A stretch of 35,727 nt of DNA from Octopus bimaculoides (lineage: Eukaryota). Within the stretch, counting starts at the first letter, position 1, and every line of letters begins with the position of its first letter. The stretch is from contig NC_068987.1 in assembly GCF_001194135.2 (NCBI RefSeq), positions 31,330,479-31,366,205 on the forward strand. The letters are read 5' to 3'. The notes below the pieces were generated by a model. That model was not told the DNA's origin and did not search any database. It saw only the letters and a program-made list of their open reading frames with translations. Position numbers and translations under genes: made by a program. Positions 23,161 through 34,285 of the stretch are shown one piece after another.

Positions 23161-23234
23161 CCGATATAAATAGTCCACCGCATATGCTATAAAATAAATA
23201 TAAAAAGGCGGGACTGAAAAATAGACTGAAAGAT

Positions 23235-24494
23235 ATGACAATACAAGTAGCGATTCAAAAGACAGAAAATATGACTATTAACGAAACAAATGCAATTATG
23301 AATACAAACTCAGAGATTAACACTCCACAAAAAGAAAATACAGAAAAACACAAATACATTTTCATAATGCAAATAAAAAAAGAATAGCTTTGCCAACGTC
23401 ACGAGCCAAAAAGAAATTCTAAACTTGGAACAACTCACCAAAGAAAAATAAATAAAAAGAACGTGGTATAAGTAAGTGACAGAAACGTCTGCCTTTTTGC
23501 CAGATGATTTTATCGAAAAACAAAATGCAAGAAGAAACGTGACATACCACTGCTTCTGACAAAAGTAACCTCAAAAAAACAGTTAAAGGAAACCCTGTCT
23601 TATGTATGCGTCGATATGGTTTTCACCGACTGGGGTAGGACATATGGAAGTGTATACCCGGTATTCTAATCTGAGAAAGAGGTAAGGATACCAAGTTAGT
23701 GTGTCACACAGTTACTCGAAGATGTGTCACAGTGTACAATACCAGGAAGTATAAGGGATGGCATTGTGTGGACAGGTTGTGAACATAGAGGTGACCAGAA
23801 ATTACATATGTTCGGGATGTTTTGGTGAAGCTTGCATGGGTATGTAGTTTATAATAATCCTTGAAGACCAATGAAACATCCCGGATTTGTTGTACCCCTT
23901 GTCGGTACAGAGAGAAAATGGATACAATTAGTAGTACAGGGCAGAAAGCCCAGCAGTTACAAATGTGGAAGTAAAAGTTACTTGAGGGTTTTCTACCCGA
24001 GAAAGTTTGAAAAGCAGATGAGTAAAGAGAACGTGAACAGTAGAATCAACTACAACAGCTGGATCAGAAATAGACCCCATCAGTCCAGCTTCAGTGATGG
24101 CTGAAAAACTCACCTCGTCCCTGTGCTGGCAGCTGGCGAGCAAGAGACAGGGAGCTCCCTTGCCATTAGTGCCATTTCATTGTCTTTCGATGATGATGAG
24201 TGAATGGAGGCTGAAAGGGAGAAGTAGGCAGTGGCTGATGACAAAAATAAGCGCGGAAATGAGAAAAAAAATGATCCTAAACAAAAGACGTTCAAGACGC
24301 ATAGAAAGGACTTCAATCCACCAGATGGCGAGAATTACGCGGGTGTTTACACCACAGTTGATTTCCAGACGAATCCAGACGACCAGGAGAAAGACTTTGC
24401 GGAAGATGTGCTGTTTGAGAAGCAGTGGCTAAAAGTGTTTTCTCAATTCCATGTGGATGGGTTACTCAACTTTTATTCCAACTTTAATTTTTAA
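23235..24494 (+). pseudogene. Decayed ORF1 (gag-like) of an L1/Tx1-type non-LTR retrotransposon
   Basis: Frameshifted segments SFANVTSQKEI..., ALCGQVVNIEVT...NIPDLL..., WIQLVVQGRKPS-S-YK-C-GSKS-Y-LRVF-Y-P. At 23955-23999 a CX2CX4HX4C knuckle is recovered by three single substitutions (AGT>TGT, TAC>CAC, TAC>TGC). A K/D/E-rich C-terminus ends at 24494. Confidence 0.65.
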
Positions 24495-24692
24495 ACGTGG
24501 TTTTATGTAATCTTATATTTATTCAATTCATTAATTTATGTAAAAAATTTTAACATGTTCATTGTATAACGATCTCCTGTTCTTATATAATTTCGTCATA
24601 TTCAATTCCACACGTTTTTGTCTATATAACGTTTATGTTTATGTTTGTAAGGGCACCTGTTAGAAACAATTGTTGTTATTGTTGTATTTACC

Positions 24693-24694
24693 AT

Positions 24695-24785
<91 letters not shown>

Positions 24786-25084
24786 GCTGCTACTACACTA
24801 TAAAATGTTACATATACGTGTATGCGTGTGTGTATATATATAAATTATATTATATTATAGATATATATTCTATATATATACTTACATATACGTACAAACA
24901 TACACACTCACTCTCCCACTCTCTCTCCCTATTTCTTTCTCTCTCTCTCTCTCTCCCTATTTCTCTCTCTCTCCCTATTTCCCTCTCTCTCTCCCTATTT
25001 CTCTCTCTCACTCTCTCTCTCTCTCTCTCTCNNNNNNNNNNNNNNNNNNNNNNNNNNNNNNNNNNNNNNNNNNNNNNNNNNNNN

Positions 25085-25131
<47 letters not shown>
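24693..25131. repeat. (CTA)n-(CTG)n, TA-rich, (CT)n and (CA)n microsatellite cluster
   Basis: Directly visible. Confidence 0.92.
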
Positions 25132-25134
<3 letters not shown>

Positions 25135-25326
25135 AATCTCGAAAGAGTTCTGTTATGTGGTTCTGAACGACAACAAAACATATTTACGAGAGTGGCAGCC
25201 GGCTGAAAGTTCATAGTCTGACTATGAAGGAGAGATGCTAGAGCTGCGAAATCTTGCATGCATTAATTTCAACACTTCTTATCAATAACTGCATTGTTTC
25301 TTTCCAGGTAAACCGACATCTCACAA

Positions 25327-26205
25327 TACGAAGACGACCTCAAAAGTAACTAGTTGTACTTCTCTTGAAATGAACAGAATTTGGCATCATGGTGTTATCA
25401 AGTACTTGCAGAAAAGGGTTTTTTTTTTTTAGCTGACAAGGACATTCATGCTAATATGGTTGCTACATTAGAGGATGATGCTCCAGCTTTATCAACGGTA
25501 AAACATTTTGTGAGGAGAAGTGAGAGTCTTGGAGATGACCCAAAATCTGGACGTCCTGCAAATGCAACCACTAAGGAAAATATTGATCGTGTTCACCACA
25601 TGGTGATGGATGACGGATAGTTGACCATAAAATCAAATAGCCAATGCTATTAGCATACCCTGTGAGAGAGTAGAGAATATTTTGCACAATGAATTTGGAA
25701 TGACGAAGGTTTCTGTTCAGTAGGCGCTACGGCTTCTGATACCTGATCAAAAGCCTACCAGGTTGATTTCATCACGGGAAAATCTAGCATTGTCTGAAGC
25801 AGATTCAGTTGGTTTCCTTGAAAGTTTCCTCAGCTAGGATGAGTGTTTGGTTCATTACTTTGATCCAGAGACAAAGACACAATCCATTCTGTGGAAACAC
25901 TCCCCATCACCTGCTCTAAAGAAGGCCAACGTCGAGTCATCTGCAGGGAACGTGATGGCCTGTTTTTCGGGATGTAAAAGGCATTGTGTTTATTGACTAT
26001 CTTCAAGAGGGCCATACCATCATTAGAAAGTACTGTACCAACTGGCTGAGGCAATTACGAAGGGCTACCGAGACCAAATGCTCAGGAAAACTGACGAAAG
26101 GGGCCTTGTTTAATCAAGATAATGTCTTTGGTTCCAATGGCTGCTGTGCATGACTGTGGATCAGAACTGGTTGTTCACTCTTCCTTGTCACCTGTACCTT
26201 CGGCA
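25327..26205 (+). pseudogene. Decayed mariner (DD34D-type) transposase with 5' TIR remnant
   Basis: TA|CGAAGACGACCTCAAAAGTAAC TIR-like end. ATG at 25370 gives MNRIWHHGVIKYLQK...DIHANMVATLEDDAPALSTV...LGDDPKSGRP...ENIDRVHHMVMDD...DECLVHYFDPETK...GIVFIDYLQEGHTI...LFNQDN..MAAVHDCG.ELV. There are multiple stops and frameshifts, and the YSPDL/third Asp region is truncated. Confidence 0.93.
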
Positions 26206-26524
26206 GGAGGAAATAAGTTTTCAAACTGGAGACTTAGTCTCAATATTTGCGGCAAATTGGTTGGTCTACGTTAAAGCCACTCAAGGGCCAACTAGTGGTG
26301 TTAAACTGAGTAACAGATTAAGACTACCACAAAATAGTACAAACGATTCCTCCAACAGGCTCCCATACAGTCGCTTTCTACCAAATTTCGTTCACAAAAT
26401 TTTGATCGACTCGAAGTCATGGTAGATAATAGTCAAAGGGCTGTGTAAGACAGTAAATTCTTAAACATAGAGCTATACCCATGGCATTAGTGAAGCTACT
26501 TTCAGAAACCGCACTAAATACATG

Positions 26525-26835
26525 TGCAGATATGATTCCCAAACATGTAGGCCTAAGGTTCAGTCCCATTACGCGGCAGCTTGGCTCGACCACAGGGTTG
26601 TAAGAGGATCATAGCCTTGCGAGTGGATTTGGTTGACGTAAACTAAAACAAATCCGTCGTATACACACATGCATACATACCTATCTCTCTCTCCCTCTCT
26701 CTCTCTCTATCTATCTATCAATCACTATCTATTTGTCTGTCTGTCTCCCCTACTCTCTCCCTCTCTCTCTCTCCCTCACTCTCTCTCACCCTCACTCTCT
26801 CTCTCCCTCACTCTCTCTCCCTCCCTCACTATCTC

Positions 26836-26875
<40 letters not shown>

Positions 26876-26901
26876 NNNNNNNNNNNNNNNNNNNNNNNNN
26901 N

Positions 26902-26985
<84 letters not shown>

Positions 26986-27240
26986 TACATATGTGTGCGT
27001 GTGTGTCTATGCATGTATATATTTATATATGTCTGTGCCTTTGTATTTGTCCCCACCACTATTTGAGAACCGATATTGGTATATTTACGTCCCCCGTAAC
27101 TTAGCGGTTCGGCAACAGAGTCCAATAAAATAAGTATCTAGCTTAAAAATAATTACGGGTGTTTATTTGTTCGACTAAACCTTACAAGGTAGTGCACTAG
27201 CATGGCCGCAGTTCAAAGACAGAAATTAGCAAAAGATTCA
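26525..27240 (+). mobile_element. Diverged SINE family B with a ~370-bp expanded central microsatellite
   Basis: 5' half GGTTCAGTCCCATT...GCCTTGCGAGTGGATTTGG; (CT)n/(TA)n/(CA)n at 26650-27010; 3' half CCCCGTAACTTAGCGGTTCGGCAA...GCATGGCCGCAG. Confidence 0.8.
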
Positions 27241-27807
27241 GATTTACGCAAACAGCATTCAGTTAAACTAAGAGCGTTTTTTTTCTTTTTTTTTTCTTCG
27301 CGTCCTGAAATGTATCGGAAAACTGAGAAGGTTTCATTTCAGTATAAAACTCACACATCCACTACCACTACCAACCCCACCACCATCACTACAAGCAGCT
27401 TATAAACTTCTGTTCTATGGAGAAGAAATCTATTGATTTCCTGCCCTTTCAATATGATACGCAAACCTTTTCTCAGGTTCACGTTGTCGTTTTGGACATC
27501 TGCACATTAAAAAGAAAAAAGAAAAGAAAAAAATCCCTCCTTCTGCTGTCGTAGTTCTAACTTCTACGAGTCGTCTACTTTCCGACCCCTAAGGGACTAA
27601 GGAATACATTTTAAGAGCTTTTCCTTTTTTTCTTTTCAATGTCTGACAATCCATGCCACGCTTCATCCCCTACCCTCACACGACGGGATATCGGAGCGAG
27701 TTAAAATGGAGAGATCCCGAAACACACTATGATACAGTAAACAGCCTTAAACGCCCGTGTTCTTTTTTTGGCCCATTCTTCCACCTGTGTGTCTACTTCA
27801 CAATCGT

Positions 27808-27905
27808 GGTTGTTGTGTTGTTGTTATTGTTATTGTTGTTAGTCGTGGTGGTGTTGATAATGATGGCGATCGTTTTGGTGGTGAAGTCGGTGGTGGTGAC
27901 TGACG
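27808..27905. repeat. (GTT/GGT) cryptic trinucleotide repeat
   Basis: Directly visible. Confidence 0.8.
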
Positions 27906-28153
27906 TTGCTGCTACTGAGGCGATAGTTGCTTCTCCGCCACAATCTACGGCAGTGCCAGTTAATGGTCACTTCTGCTTCTGGTCTGGTCTTAATGTTATT
28001 TTCATGGTGGAAGTGTTGGCAAATCTCTTTAAGAGTTGAGACCTTGTAACCGTCACTGTGCCTGTACCGGAAATAAAAACCTTTAAGTGGTTCCACATGT
28101 GAAACACCGCGGATTCCTAATCTCCTAATTACACATCCTACATGAGTCTAGAG

Positions 28154-28461
28154 CAGAGGTTTTCAAACTTTTTGACTTGCGGACCCCTTTATATTTCAGG
28201 CTTTACCCTTATAAACGCTTATGAAATTTATGCATAAATATTTGCTTAAAATAACATATATTTTTACATTTATTTATTTAACAGTATTTAACAAACATGT
28301 TTATTGTCAATTAAAAGATTTCGACTAAAAAACATATATAAAATCAAATTGCTCATAAAAAGTATTTGCTGTCCACGGACCCCCTGTCTTGTCCTTGCGG
28401 ACCCCCTGTCTTGTCCTTGCGGACCCCCTGTGGTCCGCGGATCACAGTTTGAAAACCCCTG
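28154..28461. mobile_element. hAT-Charlie-type MITE, 308 bp
   Basis: TIRs CAGAGGTTTTCAAACT / AGTTTGAAAACCCCTG (15/16). Perfect 8-bp TSD GTCTAGAG at 28146-28153 and 28462-28469, matching the NTCTAGAN Charlie target consensus. Internal 22-bp tandem unit near 28376-28430. Confidence 0.93.
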
Positions 28462-28514
28462 GTCTAGAGTTGTTTCTTATTCTTTTGAAGATTTTTATGT
28501 CTAAGCAATACATG

Positions 28515-28525
28515 TAGTAGTAGTG

Positions 28526-28594
<69 letters not shown>

Positions 28595-28620
28595 ATTAGT
28601 TGTTGTTGTTGTTGTTGTTG
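28515..28620. repeat. (TAG)n-(TTG)n microsatellite
   Basis: Directly visible. Confidence 0.93.
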
Positions 28621-29201
28621 AGTAAAGTTGAATCTGAACAAACACTTCGAAATAGAGGTGTGATTTTTAGATCTATAGTTTCATAAATAAATTTTGAAAA
28701 GACCTCATATTTCTACCCAACTAAGGACGATGTTCCGTACTGCAGCAAGCAGGCTGTTTAATTTTACTGTGTATCGTTTTAAAGCTTGGACATATATTCT
28801 GTCCATTCTCCAGTCTGCAGATTCTGCAGATTGTCTGTCCAAGATAGTCTCGGTAAGTTACTGTTCTTGTGCACTTATATTTACTAGTGTTCATCTGAGT
28901 ACAGCGTTTAGGGCTAATGAATCTATTGCAGGTACCTCTGAATATATGTTGCTTACTATAAGCGAGAAATCTAGTGATTTTAAGATGGGGTTGTAATGTT
29001 CAGAAATGTTGTCATGGTGCGTGAGTGTATTCTTCATCCAACGTAAGAAAGGTTTTTGAGACTTGAAGAGACTTGTTGTCACCAAACCTCATGACAACAT
29101 CCCTGATAATTGATATAGTATATAATAGTTTGACTAATTTATTCAATTTGCCATGGAGAAAATAGAAACAAAATTGAAAGAAGAAAAACTAAATAATAAT
29201 A

Positions 29202-29842
29202 GGCTGTGTGGTAAGTAACATGTTTACCAACGACATGGCTCCGGGTTCAGTTCCACTACGTGGCATCTTGGGTGAGTGTCTTCTACTATAGCCTCGGGCC
29301 GACCAAAGCCTTGTGAGTGGATTTGGTAGACGGAAACTGAAAGAAGCCCGTCGTATATATGTATATATATANNNNNNNNNNNNNNNNNNNNNNNNNNNNN
29401 NNNNNNNNNNNNNNNNNNNNNNNNNNNNNNNNNNNNNNNNNNNNNNNNNNNNNNNNNNNNNNNNNNNNNNNNNNNNNNNNNNNNNNNNNNNNNNNNNNNN
29501 NNNNNNNNNNNNNNNNNNNNNNNNNNNNNNNNNNNNNNNNNNNNNNNNNNNNNNNNNNNNNNNNNNNNNNNNNNNNNNNNNNNNNNNNNNNNNNNNNNNN
29601 NNNNNNNNNNNNNNNNNNNNNNNNNNNNNNNNNNNNNNNNNNNNNNNNNNNNNNNNNNNNNNNNNNNNNNNAGCATTGCTTGACAACCGATGGTGGTGTA
29701 GTTATGTCCCCGTCACTTAGCGGTTCGGCAAAAAGAGAACGATAGAATAAGTACTAGGCTTACAAAGAATAAGTCCCGGGGGGGCGATTTGCTCGACTAA
29801 GGGTGGTGCTCCAGCATGGCCACAGTCAAATGACTGAAACAA

Positions 29843-29845
<3 letters not shown>
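29202..29845 (+). mobile_element. SINE family B with its centre in a gap
   Basis: Head at 29202-29355, 3' half at 29672-29845, followed by (AAT)n to ~29900. Confidence 0.9.
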
Positions 29846-29900
<55 letters not shown>

Positions 29901-31397
29901 GACAACAACACCAGCAGTAGCAGCAGCAATAATACTAATTATTAATTATAATCACTATTATTATTGTTGATGTTGTTGTTCTAAATCACTTAATAAAAAC
30001 ATATTTATTCACATCTACTTTCACTATCAAAATAATACTGAAGATAATCTTCTGGTCTTATTGTGTCACCCTCCATTATTACCGGCTATATTTGTGTGTG
30101 TGTGTGTGTGTGTGCGCATGTCTGTGTACGCGCAGGCGCATGCATGAACATTTTTGTTGTTGTTGTTCTGTTTTGTTCGTGGCGTTTGTTCAGGTCATGC
30201 TGGTAATCGTCAGTGTTAAGCAGAGACAGGGTGCCACACTGCCACAGTGACACAGTGTCCGCAGTGACAGCCGCTATTTTCTTTTTCTTTTTTTCCTTTT
30301 TTTAAATTTTTTTATTTTTTGTTGTCTTAATAAAACCATAAGCTGAACTTCCATTTTGTTTTTATTACGTAGCCAGCCAAGACCTCTCCTATACATCACC
30401 ACCGCCGCAGCCACCATCTCCACTACCACCACTACNNNNNNNNNNNNNNNNNNNNNNNNNNNNNNNNNNNNNNNNNNNNNNNNNNNNNNNNNNNNNNNNN
30501 NNNNNNNNNNNNNNNNNNNNNNNNNNNNNNNNNNNNNNNNNNNNNNNNNNNNNNNNNNNNNNNNNNNNNNNNNNNNNNNNNNNNNNNNNNNNNNNNNNNN
30601 NNNNNNNNNNNNNNNNNNNNNNNNNNNNNNNNNNNNNNNNNNNNNNNNNNNNNNNNNNNNNNNNNNNNNNNNNNNNNNNNNNNNNNNNNNNNNNNNNNNN
30701 NNNNNNNNNNNNNNNNNNNNNNNNNNNNNNNNNNNNNNNNNNNNNNNNNNNNNNNNNNNNNNNNNNNNNNNNNNNNNNNNNNNNNNNNNNNNNNNNNNNN
30801 NNNNNNNNNNNNNNNNNNNNNNNNNNNNNNNNNNNNNNNNNNNNNNNNNNNNNNNNNNNNNNNNNNNNNNNNNNNNNNNNNNNNNNNNNNNNNNNNNNNN
30901 NNNNNNNNNNNNNNNNNNNNNNNNNNNNNNNNNNNNNNNNNNNNNNNNNNNNNNNNNNNNNNNNNNNNNNNNNNNNNNNNNNNNNNNNNNNNNNNNNNNN
31001 NNNNNNNNNNNNNNNNNNNNNNNNNNNNNNNNNNNNNNNNNNNNNNNNNNNNNNNNNNNNNNNNNNNNNNNNNNNNNNNNNNNNNNNNNNNNNNNNNNNN
31101 NNNNNNNNNNNNNNNNNNNNNNNNNNNNNNNNNNNNNNNNNNNNNNNNNNNNNNNNNNNNNNNNNNNNNNNNNNNNNNNNNNNNNNNNNNNNNNNNNNNN
31201 NNNNNNNNCTTATTTAATTTGCAATCACACCAAACACCTGGACTTCACGGCGTTTTGTTGGCGTTGTGTATACACAAAATGGACAGCTGTAATGGGGAGG
31301 TAGGCAGACAGTGGGGTGTTATAGGGGAGGGGAGGGGCAATAAGTTAGGGGAGGGGGAAGTAGATGGGAGAGGAGTTAGGATCACGGGGAAGTGGAT

Positions 31398-31654
31398 AGA
31401 GAGAGAGAGAGAGAGAGAGAGTGAGAGAGAAAGAGAGAGTGTGTGTGTGCGTGAGAGGGAGAGAGAAAGAAAGAGTAAGTGTTTGTGAAAGAGGAAAAGA
31501 GAAAGAGAGAGAAAGAGACAGAATGTGTGTGTGTGAGAGAGAGAAAGAAAGAGAGAGATAGTGTGTGTGTGTGTGAGAGAGAGAAAGAGAGAGAGAGAGA
31601 GGGAGAGAAAGAGAGAGAGAGTGTGTATGTGTGAGAGGGAGAGAGAAAGAGACA

Positions 31655-31747
<93 letters not shown>

Positions 31748-31907
31748 AAGAGAGAGAGAAAAAGAGAGAGAGAGAAAGAAAGATAGAGTGAGTTTGTGAA
31801 AGAGGAAAACAGAAAGAGAGACAGTGTGTATGTGCGAGAAGGAGAGAGAAAGAGACAGAATGTGTGTGTGTGAGGGAGAAAGAAAGAGAGATTGTGTGTG
31901 TGTATGT

Positions 31908-31959
<52 letters not shown>

Positions 31960-32122
31960 GATAGCGTGAACGGTAGTTAGGAGAGAACAGAAAAGGAGAA
32001 CAGGAGGAAAATGGAGAGAAAGAAGTGAGAGAGATGGGGAGTAAGAAAAGTAGGGAGAGAGAGGGTCGGTGGTGGAGAGAGGAAGGAGAGAAAAGAAGAA
32101 GAAGAAGAAGAAGAAGAAGAAG

Positions 32123-32153
<31 letters not shown>

Positions 32154-32545
32154 GGAAGAAGAAGAAGAAGAAGAAGAAGAAGAAGAAGAAGAAGAAGAAG
32201 AAGAAGAAGAAGAAGAAGAAGAAGNNNNNNNNNNNNNNNNNNNNNNNNNNNNNNNNNNNNNNNNNNNNNNNNNNNNNNNNNNNNNNNNNNNNNNNNNNNN
32301 NNNNNNNNNNNNNNNNNNNNNNNNNNNNNNNNNNNNNNNNNNNNNNNNNNNNNNNNNNNNNNNNNNNNNNNNNNNNNNNNNNNNNNNNNNNNNNNNNNNN
32401 NNNNNNNNNNNNNNNNNNNNNNNNNNNNNNNNNNNNNNNNNNNNNNNNNNNNNNNNNNNNNNNNNNNNNNNNNNNNNNNNNNNNNNNNNNNNNNGAAGAA
32501 GAAGAAGAGGAAGAAGAAAAGGAAGAAGACGAAGAAAAAGAAGAA

Positions 32546-32577
<32 letters not shown>

Positions 32578-32600
32578 AGAAAAGGAAGAAGACGAAGAAA

Positions 32601-32631
<31 letters not shown>

Positions 32632-32738
32632 AAAGGAAGAAGAAGAAGAAGAAGAAGAAGGAGAAGAAGAAGAAAAGGAAGAAGAAGAAAAAGAAGGAGG
32701 AGAAGAAGAAGAAAAGGAAGAGGAGCAGGAGGAGCAGG

Positions 32739-32769
<31 letters not shown>

Positions 32770-32774
32770 GGAAG

Positions 32775-32805
<31 letters not shown>

Positions 32806-32877
32806 GGAAGAAGGAGAAGAAGAAGAAGAAGAAGAAGAAGAAGGAAGAGGAGCAGGAGGAAGAAGAAGAAGAAGAAG

Positions 32878-32909
<32 letters not shown>

Positions 32910-33273
32910 GAAGAACAAGAAGAACAAGAAGGAGGAGGAGGAGAAGAAGAAAAAGAAGAAGAAGAAGAAGAAGAAGAAGGGGAAGAAGAAGAAGAAGAAG
33001 AAGAAGAAGAAGAAGAAGAAGAAGCGAGATAAAAAGAGGAATGATAGTGAGAGAGAAATAAGAGCGTAGGATGGAAGTGTGAGTGGAAGCTGGGGAGATA
33101 GAGGGTATAAGGGGTTGAAGGTGAGAATAGAGTGTGAGAGGAGAGGGAAGAAAAGATGTATCGATGGATTATGGCAGGGGGGATATAATGGTAAGGAAAG
33201 GGTAAAGAGTTAAACGAGAAATAGAGAATGAGTCGAGAGAGAGTGATAGAGGTAGGGAGATAAGGGAGAAATT

Positions 33274-33340
<67 letters not shown>

Positions 33341-33510
33341 NNNNNNNNNNAGAGTGAAATGGAGACAGGGTAAGATGTGATTAATGGTGGGAACTGATGA
33401 AATGAGGTAAGGTTTTAATGAAGGAAAGAGAAAAGGGGAGATTTATGGTGAAGATGGGTTAACAAAAGAGGAAAAGAAGAAAACTGGAAGGCAAGTAATT
33501 AATGGAGAGA

Positions 33511-33556
<46 letters not shown>

Positions 33557-34196
33557 AAAGATGTGAGTTGGGGAGTTAACAGAGAAGGAAAAGAAAGACT
33601 TTAGGCAAATAAAGTAAGTTGTTATGTAATGATAGTGGGAGTGAGAGTGAGAGAGAAGAAGAAGGGAGAGGAGGAATAAAGAGAATGTAAGACTCGATAA
33701 AATGAAGACAAAGAAAGAAAGAAAGAAAGAAAGAAAGAAAAAAGAAAGAAAGAAAAAAAGAAAGAAAGAAAGAAAGAAAGAAAGGAAATGAAAGGAAGAA
33801 TGGAAGAAAGAAATGAAAGAAGAGAGAGAGAGTGAGAGAGACGAAGAAAGAAAGGAGAACTGATAAAGAATGAAATAAATAAATGAATAATTAATGAGCG
33901 AGAGAGAGAAAGAAATGCGGAAACTGAAGATGGAATAAACACGAGAAGCCCGACCGAAAGAAAGAAACATAGATGAAGGTGAAGAAGGAGTGAAAGAAAG
34001 TAACGAAGAAAGGAAATAGAAACAAAATTTGTAGAGATGTGAAATCAAAAAAAATAATAACATAAATTAAGAATGAAATACAGAAGAAATTAATGAGAAT
34101 GGAAAGCAAAAAGGAAGAAAGAAAGAAAAAAGGAAGGAAGAAGAAGAAGAAGAAGAAGAAGAAGAAGAAGAAGAAGAAGAAGAAGAAGAAGAAGAA

Positions 34197-34242
<46 letters not shown>

Positions 34243-34285
34243 GTGGTGGTGATGGTGGTGGTGGTGGTAGTGGTAGTGGTGGTGA
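31398..34285 (+). repeat. ~2.9-kb purine-rich (GA/GT, GAA, GAAA, GAT, GGT) low-complexity domain
   Basis: (GA)/(GT) mosaic at 31398-31960, (GAA)n variants at 32092-33025, (GA)n at 33268-33340, (GAAA)/(GAA)/(GAT)/(GGT) to 34285. Confidence 0.95.

Noticed and set aside
24231-24494. 87-aa ORF as a standalone gene
   Set aside because: It is better explained as the C-terminal part of the decayed LINE ORF1.
25291-25313. AG|GT recursive-splice-like site (TTTCTTTCCAGGTAAAC); similar at 14341-14356
   Set aside because: The motif is short and expected by chance, and there is no evidence of a host intron.
27653-28096. Overlapping 128-aa and 85-aa ORFs
   Set aside because: Their length is driven by a (GTT/GGT) repeat, with no recognisable domain or consistent splice signals.
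28376-28430. Short regularly spaced repeats as a CRISPR-like array
   Set aside because: They are contiguous 22-bp units without unique spacers, inside a hAT MITE in eukaryotic DNA.
31977-33069. Long poly-K/E/R/L ORFs of 300+ aa
   Set aside because: They are translations of (GAA)n and a gap, open in several frames on both strands, with no splice or domain evidence.
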